From the NCBI GenBank assembly GCA_048213135.1, contig PS015010.1, positions 1,612,001 through 1,676,000 on the forward strand: a stretch of DNA of 64,000 nucleotides. The letters run 5' to 3'. The stretch is from Reclinomonas americana ATCC 50394 (taxonomy: Eukaryota). A program made the translations under genes and the position numbers. Positions 1 through 9,432 of the stretch are shown here, piece by piece (the first letter of the stretch is position 1; every line of letters starts with the position of its first letter). The notes beneath the pieces are model-generated. The model was not told the origin of the DNA. It did no database searches and saw nothing but the letters and a program-made list of their open reading frames with translations.

Positions 1-692
1 AGGTCAATCCAGTTGGGTTTGCGGTTCTGGTTGAGCGTGACTACCATTTTATTCAGCAGTTCCTCATCAGCCTCATCCATAATACCCGCGATGGAGCTGC
101 GCAGTATTTTATAGCCGGTATAAATGATAACAAAGGCGAAGAAAATGGCGACAGCACTGTCGATCCAGGTGATGCCGGTAAAGCGGATCAGCACCAACCC
201 GGCTACAATGCCGATGGTGGATATCGTGTCCGACTGCAGGTGTTTACCGCTGGCAACAAGGGCGAGTGAGTTATTACGCTTACCTGTCCTGATACACCAG
301 GCACCGGTAAAATAATTGATGACCGCTGTAGCCGCTACCAGTAGGATACCGTAATCCAACTGTTTCAGTTGCTGCGGCCGGATGAGATTATCTGAGGCTT
401 CGTAAATGATGACAACCCCGGCAATGGTGATGAGCGTACCTTCAATGGCGGCAGAGATAAATTCCACTTTACCATGGCCATAAGGATGGTCGGTATCGCG
501 GGGTTTGGCGGAGATATAAAGACTGTACACACCAATAAGACCTGCTACCACGTTCACAATACTTTCCAGCGCGTCGGTGAGCACCGCCACGGAGGCCGTT
601 ATCCACCAGGCAACGATCTTTACCAGGAACAGCAGGATGGAGACCGCCGCGACCAGCTTCTGTACTTTCAGGTTGTAGCGGGCATTTTCCAT
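1..692 (-). CDS. Cation diffusion facilitator family transporter (runs off window start)
   Basis: Manual translation from ATG at 692: MENARYNLKVQK...LTDALESIVNVVAG...PRDTDHPYGHGKVE, the CDF signature; absent from the ORF track because it is truncated. Confidence 0.9.
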   Translation of the reverse strand, partial: MENARYNLKVQKLVAAVSILLFLVKIVAWWITASVAVLTDALESIVNVVAGLIGVYSLYISAKPRDTDHPYGHGKVEFISAAIEGTLITIAGVVIIYEASDNLIRPQQLKQLDYGILLVAATAVINYFTGAWCIRTGKRNNSLALVASGKHLQSDTISTIGIVAGLVLIRFTGITWIDSAVAIFFAFVIIYTGYKILRSSIAGIMDEADEELLNKMVVTLNQNRKPNWID

Positions 693-765
693 ATGCTAAA
701 ATTACGAATTAGTTTTTCAACAGTCAATTAGCAAAATTCAAGGTAGTACTGTAGTTTCATTTAGG

Positions 766-859
766 GTCATTCCGACGAGAGAGCCTGTCCCGATGAGGAA
801 CGATATCGGGAAGGGATCTCTTTTCTGTGCTGAGAGATACCTCATTACCTCGGCATGAC
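766..859. repeat. REP-like palindromic element, family A (GTCATTCCG...CGGCATGAC)
   Basis: Terminal inverted repeats; reverse complement aligns with 39245-39309; carries an extra internal TCCCGAT...ATCGGGA hairpin. Confidence 0.75.
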
Positions 860-957
860 ACAAAGGAACAGGACTCAAACCGGCACACTACCCCATTCCC
901 TCATCCCCATACTAACACATTTGCCCATTCGCACATTTGCATTTTCACACATCCGCC

Positions 958-3192
958 CTACCTGAACTTCTGTTTCAGCGCTGCCAGCGCATCGTTCATA
1001 GGCATATCCGAAATGTCTTTTTTCGGTTGCTGATGATGTCCTTTGGGTTTGGGACCACGCTCCTGCCGTCCGGGTGCGGGAAGGGTTTGTTTTATAGAGA
1101 GTGCGATGCGTTTGCGCTGGGTGTCTACCTCCAGCACTTTTACCATTACTTTCTGGTTCAGTTTCAGCGCTTCATTGGGATCGGTGATGTACCGGTGCGA
1201 TATTTCTGAAACATGTACCAGGCCGTCCTGTTTCACACCTATATCCACGAAGGCTCCAAAGCGGGTGAGGTTGGTCACAACGCCGGGCACTTCCATGCCC
1301 ACCTGCACATCATCAATACTGTAAATATTGGCGAACTCGAAAGCCTGGGCCTCGCTGCGGGGGTCCAGTCCCGGCTTTTTCAGCTCACTGAGTATATCCT
1401 TTACCGTTAGTTCCCCTATTTCCGAGGTAACGTATTTTTTTATATCGATGTTCTTCAGCAGGTCTTCCTTACCAATAAGCGACTCCACTTCTACCTGCAT
1501 ATCTGTTGCCATGCGCTGTACCAGTGCATAAGCTTCCGGGTGAACAGCGCTGTTGTCGAGTACATCATCGCCGCCGGCAATGCGAAGGAAACCGGCGCAT
1601 TGTTCAAATGCTTTACCACCCAGGCGTGGCACTTCCAGCAATTGTTTCCTGCTGCTGAAGCGTCCCTTTTCGTTGCGGTATTTAATGATATTATCGGCCA
1701 GCGTGGTACCGATGCCGCTTACGTAACTCAGCAAATGCTTGCTGGCTGTATTCAGGTTCACCCCTACATTATTCACGCAGCTCACCACGGTAGCGGCCAG
1801 TTTTTCTTTCAGCCGGAACTGGTTGACGTCGTGCTGGTATTGTCCAACACCAATGCTTTTGGGATCGATCTTTACCAGTTCAGCCAGGGGGTCCATCAGC
1901 CGGCGGCCGATACTAACGGCGCCGCGTACGGTAATGTCCTCATTGGGGAATTCTTCACGTGCCACTTCCGATGCGGAATAAATAGAGGCCCCGTCTTCAT
2001 TCACCAGGAATACGGGTAAACCCAGGTTGATCTTTTTAATGAACTGTTCCGTTTCCCTTCCGGCAGTTCCGTCGCCTATGGCGAATACCTCAATACCATA
2101 TTGCTGTACCAGGTTGCGGATCTTGCTCTCTTCCGCCGCCACGCGGTTATGTTCATGCGGGAAAATGAGATCTGTCTTTTGCAGGGCGCCTTTCTCATCC
2201 AGGCAAACCACTTTACAGCCGGTACGGTATCCCGGGTCAATCGCCAGGATCCGTTTGCTGCCCAGCGGCGAGCTCAGCAGTAACTGGCGCAGGTTCTCTG
2301 CAAATACATTGATGGCCTCTTCGTCGGCGCGGGCCTTCAGCACAGTACGAAACTCCGACTCCAGGCTGGGTTGCAGTAAACGTTTGTAAGCGTCTTTAAC
2401 CGCTTTGCGCAACTGGTCGCTGCAGGCGTTCATTCCTTTCACATACATATCATTCAACATGTCCAGCGCTTCGTCTTCCACCGGTGATATTTCCATCCGG
2501 AGAAAACCTTCCACGAATCCCCGCAGTACGGCGAGTATGCGGTGGGATGGTATTTTCGCGATGGGTTCGGCAAATTCAAAATAATCTTTGTACTTAACCG
2601 CTTCAGTCTCTTTACCGGTAACGATACGGCTCTGGAGTGCTGCACCGGTTTCAAACAGGTGCCGCATCTTAGACCGCACCTGCGCATCTTCATTCACTGT
2701 TTCGGCAATGATATCCCTCGCTCCCTGGAGAGCAGCGTCGGCATCGGCCACTTTATCGTTGATGAATTGTGCCGCTTCGGCCATCAGGTCAATATCCTTT
2801 TGTTCAAGCAGCATATTGGCCAGTGGCTCCAGCCCGTTTTCCCGGGCCGTTTGCGCTTTGGTCTTGCGTTTGGGTTTGAAAGGCAGGTAGATGTCTTCCA
2901 GTTCAGCAATGGTGGCCGCGTTGTTCAGTTTGGCCATAATGCTGTCGGTCATTTTTTCCTGTTCGGTAATGGTCTTTATGATGAAGGCCTTACGTTCGGC
3001 GAATTCGGCGAGGCTTTTCTGTTCATCCTGGATCTGCTGTATCTGTACCTCGTCAAGCCCGCCGGTCCTGTCTTTGCGGTAACGGGCTATGAAAGGTATG
3101 GTTGCATTTTCTGCCAGCAGTTCCAGCACGGCTGTTACCTGTGCCGGTTTTATATTGAGCTTTTGCGCTATGGGTTGTACGAATTCAGACAT
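958..3192 (-). CDS. tex: Tex family RNA-binding transcriptional accessory protein
   Basis: TIPFIARYRKDRTGGLDE N-terminus, YqgF-like AIDPGYRTGCK, HhH, C-terminal S1 domain (FGAFVDIGVKQDGLVHVSE). Confidence 0.95.
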   Translation of the reverse strand: MSEFVQPIAQKLNIKPAQVTAVLELLAENATIPFIARYRKDRTGGLDEVQIQQIQDEQKSLAEFAERKAFIIKTITEQEKMTDSIMAKLNNAATIAELEDIYLPFKPKRKTKAQTARENGLEPLANMLLEQKDIDLMAEAAQFINDKVADADAALQGARDIIAETVNEDAQVRSKMRHLFETGAALQSRIVTGKETEAVKYKDYFEFAEPIAKIPSHRILAVLRGFVEGFLRMEISPVEDEALDMLNDMYVKGMNACSDQLRKAVKDAYKRLLQPSLESEFRTVLKARADEEAINVFAENLRQLLLSSPLGSKRILAIDPGYRTGCKVVCLDEKGALQKTDLIFPHEHNRVAAEESKIRNLVQQYGIEVFAIGDGTAGRETEQFIKKINLGLPVFLVNEDGASIYSASEVAREEFPNEDITVRGAVSIGRRLMDPLAELVKIDPKSIGVGQYQHDVNQFRLKEKLAATVVSCVNNVGVNLNTASKHLLSYVSGIGTTLADNIIKYRNEKGRFSSRKQLLEVPRLGGKAFEQCAGFLRIAGGDDVLDNSAVHPEAYALVQRMATDMQVEVESLIGKEDLLKNIDIKKYVTSEIGELTVKDILSELKKPGLDPRSEAQAFEFANIYSIDDVQVGMEVPGVVTNLTRFGAFVDIGVKQDGLVHVSEISHRYITDPNEALKLNQKVMVKVLEVDTQRKRIALSIKQTLPAPGRQERGPKPKGHHQQPKKDISDMPMNDALAALKQKFR

Positions 3193-3285
3193 ATTTAAGT
3201 ATTTAAAACGGGGTGCGAAAATAGCGGTGCGGGAGCAAAGAAAAAATTGATTTTTTAAACATAATTCCTACCTGTTTCTGCCATA

Positions 3286-4632
3286 TCAGGCGGAAAGATC
3301 GATACGCTTGGAAGGGTTCAATGTAGCGAAGGAGTAAATACTGTTGCGGATATAATCATTATCGGCATAAGGGTTCAGGTGCATCTTCAGTTCACTGCAG
3401 GAGATCACTTCAAAATCACCGGGCAGGTATCCCATCCCCCAGAAACTGCCGCGTTCCATCAGCAGGCAGAGTTTTTCATTATCGGCCATACCATTATCAA
3501 TAACGGCGAATGTGGGTAGTTGTTCATCCAGCGCTTCCAGTGCTTTTTTGATCTTACCATTATAAATGGCGGGCGGATCAAGAAAGCCCCTGTCCGTATC
3601 CGTTAGCGGCGTCCTGTCAAGAAAACAAAGCTTCTGGTCGAGTTCGAATTCCTCCACCATTTTTTTCAGCATCACCAACCCTTCATGCAGCAGGTTAAAG
3701 GAATACAGGGCGGGCAGGTTCTTTTTCTTTTTATCGATGGCCAGCCGTACATAGCCCCTGGCATCTTCAAAACTGTACAGGGCGAATTTTTGCTGCGGCT
3801 GTTTCTGGCTGCGGTTATAGCGGGGCCACAGTCTTTTTATCTCGGTACTTTCGAGTACAATGGCTTCCAGTTCGGTAGCGCAGGGTTTATAGGTGATGTT
3901 GTGAATATTGCGGAGAAACTGCTGTCTTTTCCTGTCGGGGTCGTTATGCGTAAAATGACTGCTCACCCTTTTTTTCAGGTTGATGGCCTTGCCTACATAT
4001 ACGATCTTATCCTTGCTGTTGTGAAAATAATATACGCCGGGGCGGGATGGCAGCATTTCGATCAGCGATTTCTCCAGGTGCAACGGCAACCAGTGTTCCG
4101 AAGAGGTCTTCTTCAGCATTTTATCGATATGCTCCTGTCCACCACTCCCGAGCATATGTTCAAACAGGGTTACCGTAGCCTGTGCGTCGCCGCCTGCCCG
4201 GTGGCGGTTGGTAACAGGTATCTCCAGTGAACGGCAGAGGTTGCCCAGGCTGTAGGAAGGCAGACCAGGGAATACTTTCCGGGCGAGCCGGACGGTGCAG
4301 AGCCGTTTGGTATTGAGGTCATAGCCCGCTACTTTCAACTGGTGTTTGACAAAAGAATAATCAAAGTTGACACTATGGGCTACAAATATCTTGTCCTGCA
4401 GCAGGTCGAACAACACATCGGCTATCTCGTCAAAATCGGGGGCATCTTCCAGCATGTCGTTATCGATACCGGTCAGCGCTGTAATGTAACGGGGAATGGA
4501 CTGGTGCGGATTGACCAGCGTTTCAAAGTGTTTCACCACCCGGGTGCCATCATGAATGTATACAGCAATTTCTGTAATCCCATTCGCTGAAGCGTGACCA
4601 CCCGTGGTTTCTATATCGACAATTGCGTACAT
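3286..4632 (-). CDS. DEDDh 3'-5' exonuclease (Pol III epsilon-like) fused to a GIY-YIG (UvrC-like) domain
   Basis: IVDIETTG, VAHSVNFD, HRAGGDA, then PGVYYF...YVGKAINLKKRV. Confidence 0.9.
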   Translation of the reverse strand: MYAIVDIETTGGHASANGITEIAVYIHDGTRVVKHFETLVNPHQSIPRYITALTGIDNDMLEDAPDFDEIADVLFDLLQDKIFVAHSVNFDYSFVKHQLKVAGYDLNTKRLCTVRLARKVFPGLPSYSLGNLCRSLEIPVTNRHRAGGDAQATVTLFEHMLGSGGQEHIDKMLKKTSSEHWLPLHLEKSLIEMLPSRPGVYYFHNSKDKIVYVGKAINLKKRVSSHFTHNDPDRKRQQFLRNIHNITYKPCATELEAIVLESTEIKRLWPRYNRSQKQPQQKFALYSFEDARGYVRLAIDKKKKNLPALYSFNLLHEGLVMLKKMVEEFELDQKLCFLDRTPLTDTDRGFLDPPAIYNGKIKKALEALDEQLPTFAVIDNGMADNEKLCLLMERGSFWGMGYLPGDFEVISCSELKMHLNPYADNDYIRNSIYSFATLNPSKRIDLSA

Positions 4633-4798
4633 CTTTACTTACTACCGTAGTAATACGCAATTTACTAATAAATTTAGTTACGCAATCCAATTATTTATGG
4701 ATAGTATCTCAATTTGAAAATAGATGAATCCCGCAAAGCCACGAAGACCGCTAAATGGCAAACGCATTCGTAATTCGTAATTTGAAATTCGTAATTGT

Positions 4799-5293
4799 TT
4801 AGCGTTCATCTGCGCTCGGTCCGTACATGCCCGGCACGGGTACATCAAGCAGGCGGAGGAAAACGGATAACTGTCCACGATGATGGATATTATGATTGAT
4901 GGCCCAGCCGCGGATCGCCACTTTTTTGGGCAACTGGTAAACCACCTGTTCTCCTCTTTTTACAATCCAGGTACGATCGAATTGCGTTGTATCGGCAGCC
5001 TCCAGGTCAGCGATGGCCTTGTTGAGTTTGTCCTGGAATATCTGCAACAGTTCTTCCTGCGAAACCGCAGTATAGGATTTGAATCCTTTGGCCATGAAAT
5101 CAAATTCATCATCACCCAATATTTCGGATATCCAGCCGGTGTTTTCAGCAATATGCGTGGCCAGCCTGCCAATGGTCATGGATTTGGGATGTGGTCGCCA
5201 GTCGGCTTTATCCATGGGAACACGTTCCAGCATTTTGCGGGTCATGGCAGCTTCGTGTTTAAGTTCGGTGATGAAAGCGGAAGAGATAGACAT
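4799..5293 (-). CDS. DinB family protein
   Basis: WRPHPKSMTIGRLATHIAE and HNIHHRGQLSVFLRLL motifs. Confidence 0.9.
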   Translation of the reverse strand: MSISSAFITELKHEAAMTRKMLERVPMDKADWRPHPKSMTIGRLATHIAENTGWISEILGDDEFDFMAKGFKSYTAVSQEELLQIFQDKLNKAIADLEAADTTQFDRTWIVKRGEQVVYQLPKKVAIRGWAINHNIHHRGQLSVFLRLLDVPVPGMYGPSADER

Positions 5294-5323
5294 AAGCAGG
5301 AGTTGTGGGTGATAAATGATGAA

Positions 5324-6016
5324 CTATGAGTTATGAATTTCAGCGGAAGTATTGTCTTCCTCGTGCGTGAATTTATGTACAGCGTCTTTATGCCTGATCA
5401 TTTTGATGAGCTGGATAATGGCCGTAAGCGTGAATATTCCACCAATGACCCAGTTGAGGTATTGCTGGCTGTTGTTGATACGCTGCACCATCCATTTGCC
5501 CCCGAAAATAAAGACACAATTACCCAGCAGGGTACCAATGCCGATGCCGATGATATAACTGTTGTAATGTTCCTTTTTGGGTTCCAGTATCCTTTTACTG
5601 AAGAGTACGGTACTCCATCCAAACCAGAAAGGTATTTGCACCGGGTTGATGGCACACATGAGCATACCCAGTAAAAAGCGGTGCATATTATTCTGCAGGA
5701 TCACATTCTTGGCTTCGCCATTATCTTTCATGGCGGCGATAAAACTGCCTACAGCCAGCGCCAGTATAATGGCCAGGGTGATCCATTCCATGGCCTTCAT
5801 CAGTTTCTCCTGTTTGCGTACCCAGTCAATACCGACAAGGGATATGCGCACATACATCATTTCTACCAGTAAAGATCCGAAGGAGAAGTACATCGCTTCT
5901 TTGATGCTTTCCTGTATGCCGATCTGCATGGCCGCTACATTGAGCGTTCCCAACGGCAGCGAGCCGAGGAAACTGATGAGCAGCCCCCAAAAGAAGATAC
6001 GTAGTAACTTAGGCAT
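5324..6016 (-). CDS. LysE family translocator
   Basis: SFLGSLPLGTLN and NPVQIPFWFGW motifs; multiple TM helices. Confidence 0.8.
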   Translation of the reverse strand: MPKLLRIFFWGLLISFLGSLPLGTLNVAAMQIGIQESIKEAMYFSFGSLLVEMMYVRISLVGIDWVRKQEKLMKAMEWITLAIILALAVGSFIAAMKDNGEAKNVILQNNMHRFLLGMLMCAINPVQIPFWFGWSTVLFSKRILEPKKEHYNSYIIGIGIGTLLGNCVFIFGGKWMVQRINNSQQYLNWVIGGIFTLTAIIQLIKMIRHKDAVHKFTHEEDNTSAEIHNS

Positions 6017-6121
6017 TCAGCAAAGATAATATCAATTTGAAAATGTAGCGATTTGAAGATGTGCTGATTAATATGTCTAAGAGAATTATCACATTTTCAA
6101 ATCGTCATATCTTCAAATCAA

Positions 6122-6667
6122 TCAGCTTTTTTTCGCCAACACATTCAGGCTCACCTTCAGGTTATCCGACATGGAAACGCTGCTGCCGCCTACGCCAAAA
6201 TCCCGGCGGTTGATCTGGAAATCGCCGCTGAACAGGTAGCCTCCATCTTTTGCGGTAGCGCCAAAACCGAATTCCACGGGTTTGGAGACGCCTTTGATGG
6301 TCAGCACACCGTACATATAATAACGGCCGGCCTTGGTAGAACGCACTACTTTGGTGCTTTTGAAATGAAGTGTTTTGTATTTTTCAACATCAAAGTATTC
6401 TTCTTTGCGAAGATGATTGTCGCGGGCATTGTTGTCGGTATCGATAGTAGCTGCATCTACCGACACATCAAAAACGGCAGCAGAAAAATTGGCCGGGTCA
6501 AAAGTGATGGTCCCGCTCAGACCGGTAAAATCCCCGCCCACATTGATCATAAAATTCTTGATCACAAAATGCACTTTACTTCCTTCATTAACCGGCTTGT
6601 ATGTGTTTTGCGCCTGTGCTGCTGTTATCGATACCAGCATTGCTACTACAAGTACATATTTTTTCAT
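6122..6667 (-). CDS. YceI family (polyisoprenoid-binding) secreted protein
   Basis: Signal peptide; IDTDNNARDNHLR, LTIKGVSKPV, INRRDFGVG. Confidence 0.92.
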   Translation of the reverse strand: MKKYVLVVAMLVSITAAQAQNTYKPVNEGSKVHFVIKNFMINVGGDFTGLSGTITFDPANFSAAVFDVSVDAATIDTDNNARDNHLRKEEYFDVEKYKTLHFKSTKVVRSTKAGRYYMYGVLTIKGVSKPVEFGFGATAKDGGYLFSGDFQINRRDFGVGGSSVSMSDNLKVSLNVLAKKS

Positions 6668-6774
6668 AACCTCTTCTATTTTAAAATTAAAAATACAAAG
6701 CCTTTGCCCAAATTGTGCATCAATATGTTAAACTTTAGCACATACATCGCTATATTACAAGCCAATAGATCCAT

Positions 6775-7635
6775 ATGATCCGGTCTTCGACCATACAGTT
6801 ACTTCGGTTTCCGTTTTCCATCTTCCTGATGCCGGTTTACTGGTTCGCGTTGAGCCAGGTGCCTGATATCAATATCAGCCGGGCCATTATTATTTTTTGC
6901 ATCCTCCACCTGCTGGTATACCCGGCCAGCAATGGATACAACAGTTACATGGACAGGGACACAGACAGCATCGGTGGTGTTGAGAATCCGCAACAACCTA
7001 CGAGGCAATTGTTCCACGTCACTATAATCATGGATATCCTGGCCAGCCTGCTCGCTTTATTGATCAGTCCCCTGTTCTGTATCGGCTTAATCGCCTATAT
7101 CGTTGCCTCCAGGGCCTACAGTTACCGCGGCATACGGCTGAAGCAATATCCTGTCATTGGCTACCTTACCGTTGTCATTTTCCAGGGTGCCGTTACTTTC
7201 TTCCTGGTCATGCATGGAAGCAGTGCCGGCCTAACTACCAATGTACCTGTACCCGCCATGGTTGTGGCCAGCCTGCTTATCGGTGGCTTCTACCCGCTCA
7301 CCCAGATTTACCAGCACCGGCAGGATCAGGAGGACGGCGTTACCAGCATCAGCATGCTGCTGGGTTACCGGGGGACCTTCATTTTTACAGCGGTCATTTA
7401 CGCCCTGGCGATGGGTATACTGGCATTTTATTTGTTTTCCACACTGCAGGAAACCGGCTTCTTCATTTTGCAGATCTTTTTTGTACCCATCCTCGTATAT
7501 TTTATACACTGGTTCAGGACAGTAACAAAAAATACAGCGGCGGCAGATTTTAAACATACCATGAAAATGAACCTGCTGGCCTCCATTTGCAGTAATGCTG
7601 CGTTTATTACATTACTGATAATCGAAAAAATTTGA
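6775..7635 (+). CDS. UbiA family prenyltransferase
   Basis: Polytopic membrane protein with NSYMDRD and DQEDG aspartate-rich motifs. Confidence 0.85.
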   Translation: MIRSSTIQLLRFPFSIFLMPVYWFALSQVPDINISRAIIIFCILHLLVYPASNGYNSYMDRDTDSIGGVENPQQPTRQLFHVTIIMDILASLLALLISPLFCIGLIAYIVASRAYSYRGIRLKQYPVIGYLTVVIFQGAVTFFLVMHGSSAGLTTNVPVPAMVVASLLIGGFYPLTQIYQHRQDQEDGVTSISMLLGYRGTFIFTAVIYALAMGILAFYLFSTLQETGFFILQIFFVPILVYFIHWFRTVTKNTAAADFKHTMKMNLLASICSNAAFITLLIIEKI

Positions 7636-8729
7636 GTAAGATCGTTTCCATAGCAACCAGCCTCCCTCCTTATGAGCATCACCAGGATGCCATTTGCAGG
7701 TTTGCCGACAATATTTACAGCACCGATGCTGTTGAAAGCCGGAAGCTGAAGTTCCTGTACAGCCACAGCGGCATCCAGAAAAGGTATTCGGCCATTCCCG
7801 ATTACAGCCTGCCTGCGGCGGAACGCCTGTTCTATTCCCGCAGCGCCGACCTGGAGCCTTTTCCCTCCCTGGATCAGCGAATGCGCTGGTACAAGGACAA
7901 TGCCGCGGATCTTTCCGTTGTAGCCGCCGAAAGATGTATAGAAGGAAAAATTTCCAAAGAAGCCATTACCCACCTCATCACGGTAAGTTGCACCGGCATG
8001 AGTGCCCCCGGGCTCGACCTGGAACTGATGGAAGCGCTTGGCCTGCCGGGACATATCTTCAGAACATCCGTCAATTTTATGGGGTGTTATGCTGCCATTC
8101 ATGCACTGAAACTGGCCGACGCGTTTTGCAGCAACAACGAAAAAGCCAATGTGCTGATCGTTTGCACGGAACTGTGTACACTCCATTTTCAGAAAGACAA
8201 CACCCCAGACAATATTACTTCCACCCTGCTGTTTGGCGATGGCTGCGCCGCGGTACTCGTACAACACGATACGACGGATACCCGTGGACTGGTGTTGCAG
8301 CGGTTCTTTTCAGATGTAGCCTTCAAAGGGAAGAAGGATATGTCGTGGGAATTATCCGCCAAAGGTTTTCTCATGACGCTTTCGGGTTATGTACCCGACC
8401 TCGTGAAAGAAGATTTTGGAGCGCTGGTCAGCAAAGCCCTGGCCCATACGGACATCAGCAGGGACGAGATCACCCACTGGTGCATACACCCCGGCGGAAA
8501 GAAAATACTGGAAGCGATAGAACATAGTGCCGAACTGCCGGCCGACAGCCTGAAATACGCTTATGAAGTACTCAACGACTATGGCAATATGAGTTCGCCT
8601 ACCGTTCTTTTTGTGCTGAAAAAGATCCTCGATGAATTACTGGAAAAAGAACCGGCGCCGGCACGTATATTCGGTGCGGCTTTCGGGCCGGGTCTCACCA
8701 TGGAAACCTTTATCGCGACATATGATTAA
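7632..8729 (+). CDS. Type III polyketide synthase (chalcone/stilbene synthase-like)
   Basis: Catalytic Cys (FMGCYAA), His (HPGG), Asn (GNMSS); GAAFGPGLT; TTG start overlaps the UbiA stop. Confidence 0.95.
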   Translation: MSKIVSIATSLPPYEHHQDAICRFADNIYSTDAVESRKLKFLYSHSGIQKRYSAIPDYSLPAAERLFYSRSADLEPFPSLDQRMRWYKDNAADLSVVAAERCIEGKISKEAITHLITVSCTGMSAPGLDLELMEALGLPGHIFRTSVNFMGCYAAIHALKLADAFCSNNEKANVLIVCTELCTLHFQKDNTPDNITSTLLFGDGCAAVLVQHDTTDTRGLVLQRFFSDVAFKGKKDMSWELSAKGFLMTLSGYVPDLVKEDFGALVSKALAHTDISRDEITHWCIHPGGKKILEAIEHSAELPADSLKYAYEVLNDYGNMSSPTVLFVLKKILDELLEKEPAPARIFGAAFGPGLTMETFIATYD

Positions 8730-9432
8730 ACTGGCGGAAAGATCATACCGGAAAGAATTGCTGGATAATGGCCAGATCCCTTTCGATGATATCCGCCGGA
8801 ACATGAAGGAACTCAATACCATCAATACCTGGCTTGGCGGACATGCGATCACGTTAGCCGGGGTTAACACCATCCTGGGAAAAAAACCGGAAAAAAAAGA
8901 GCTGCATATTTGTGAGATCGGCTGCGGCGGAGGCGATAACCTGCAGGCCATTCACCGGCGCCTGTCATCCCGCAAAAACATCCGCTTCACCGGCATCGAC
9001 ATCAAACCCGAATGCATCAGCTTTGCCCGGCAGCAGTATCCGGAACTGCCCGCACAATGGATATGCAGCGATTATCAGCTGGCTGATCTATCGCAAGACC
9101 CGCCCGATATTATTTTCTCTTCTTTGTTCTGTCACCATTTTACGGAAACGGAACTGCTGCTGATGCTGCCATGGATGTACCGCAACAGCAGGCTCGGCTT
9201 TTTTATCAACGATCTTCACCGCCATCCCCTGGCCTATTACAGCATCAGGCTGATCACCCGGCTTTTCTCCCGATCCTACCTCGTAAAGAACGACGCCCCT
9301 TTATCGGTGGCACGTGGTTTTAAAAAAAATGAATGGGAAAATATATTGCAACAAACAGGTATCACTTCATACAACATACAATGGAAATGGGCCTTCCGTC
9401 ACCTCATAACCGTAGTTAAAAATGACGGCTGA
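8722..9432 (+). CDS. SAM-dependent methyltransferase
   Basis: EIGCGGGD motif I, SLFCHHF, INDLHRH; likely ATG at 8722 overlapping the PKS stop. Confidence 0.88.
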   Translation: MIKLAERSYRKELLDNGQIPFDDIRRNMKELNTINTWLGGHAITLAGVNTILGKKPEKKELHICEIGCGGGDNLQAIHRRLSSRKNIRFTGIDIKPECISFARQQYPELPAQWICSDYQLADLSQDPPDIIFSSLFCHHFTETELLLMLPWMYRNSRLGFFINDLHRHPLAYYSIRLITRLFSRSYLVKNDAPLSVARGFKKNEWENILQQTGITSYNIQWKWAFRHLITVVKNDG

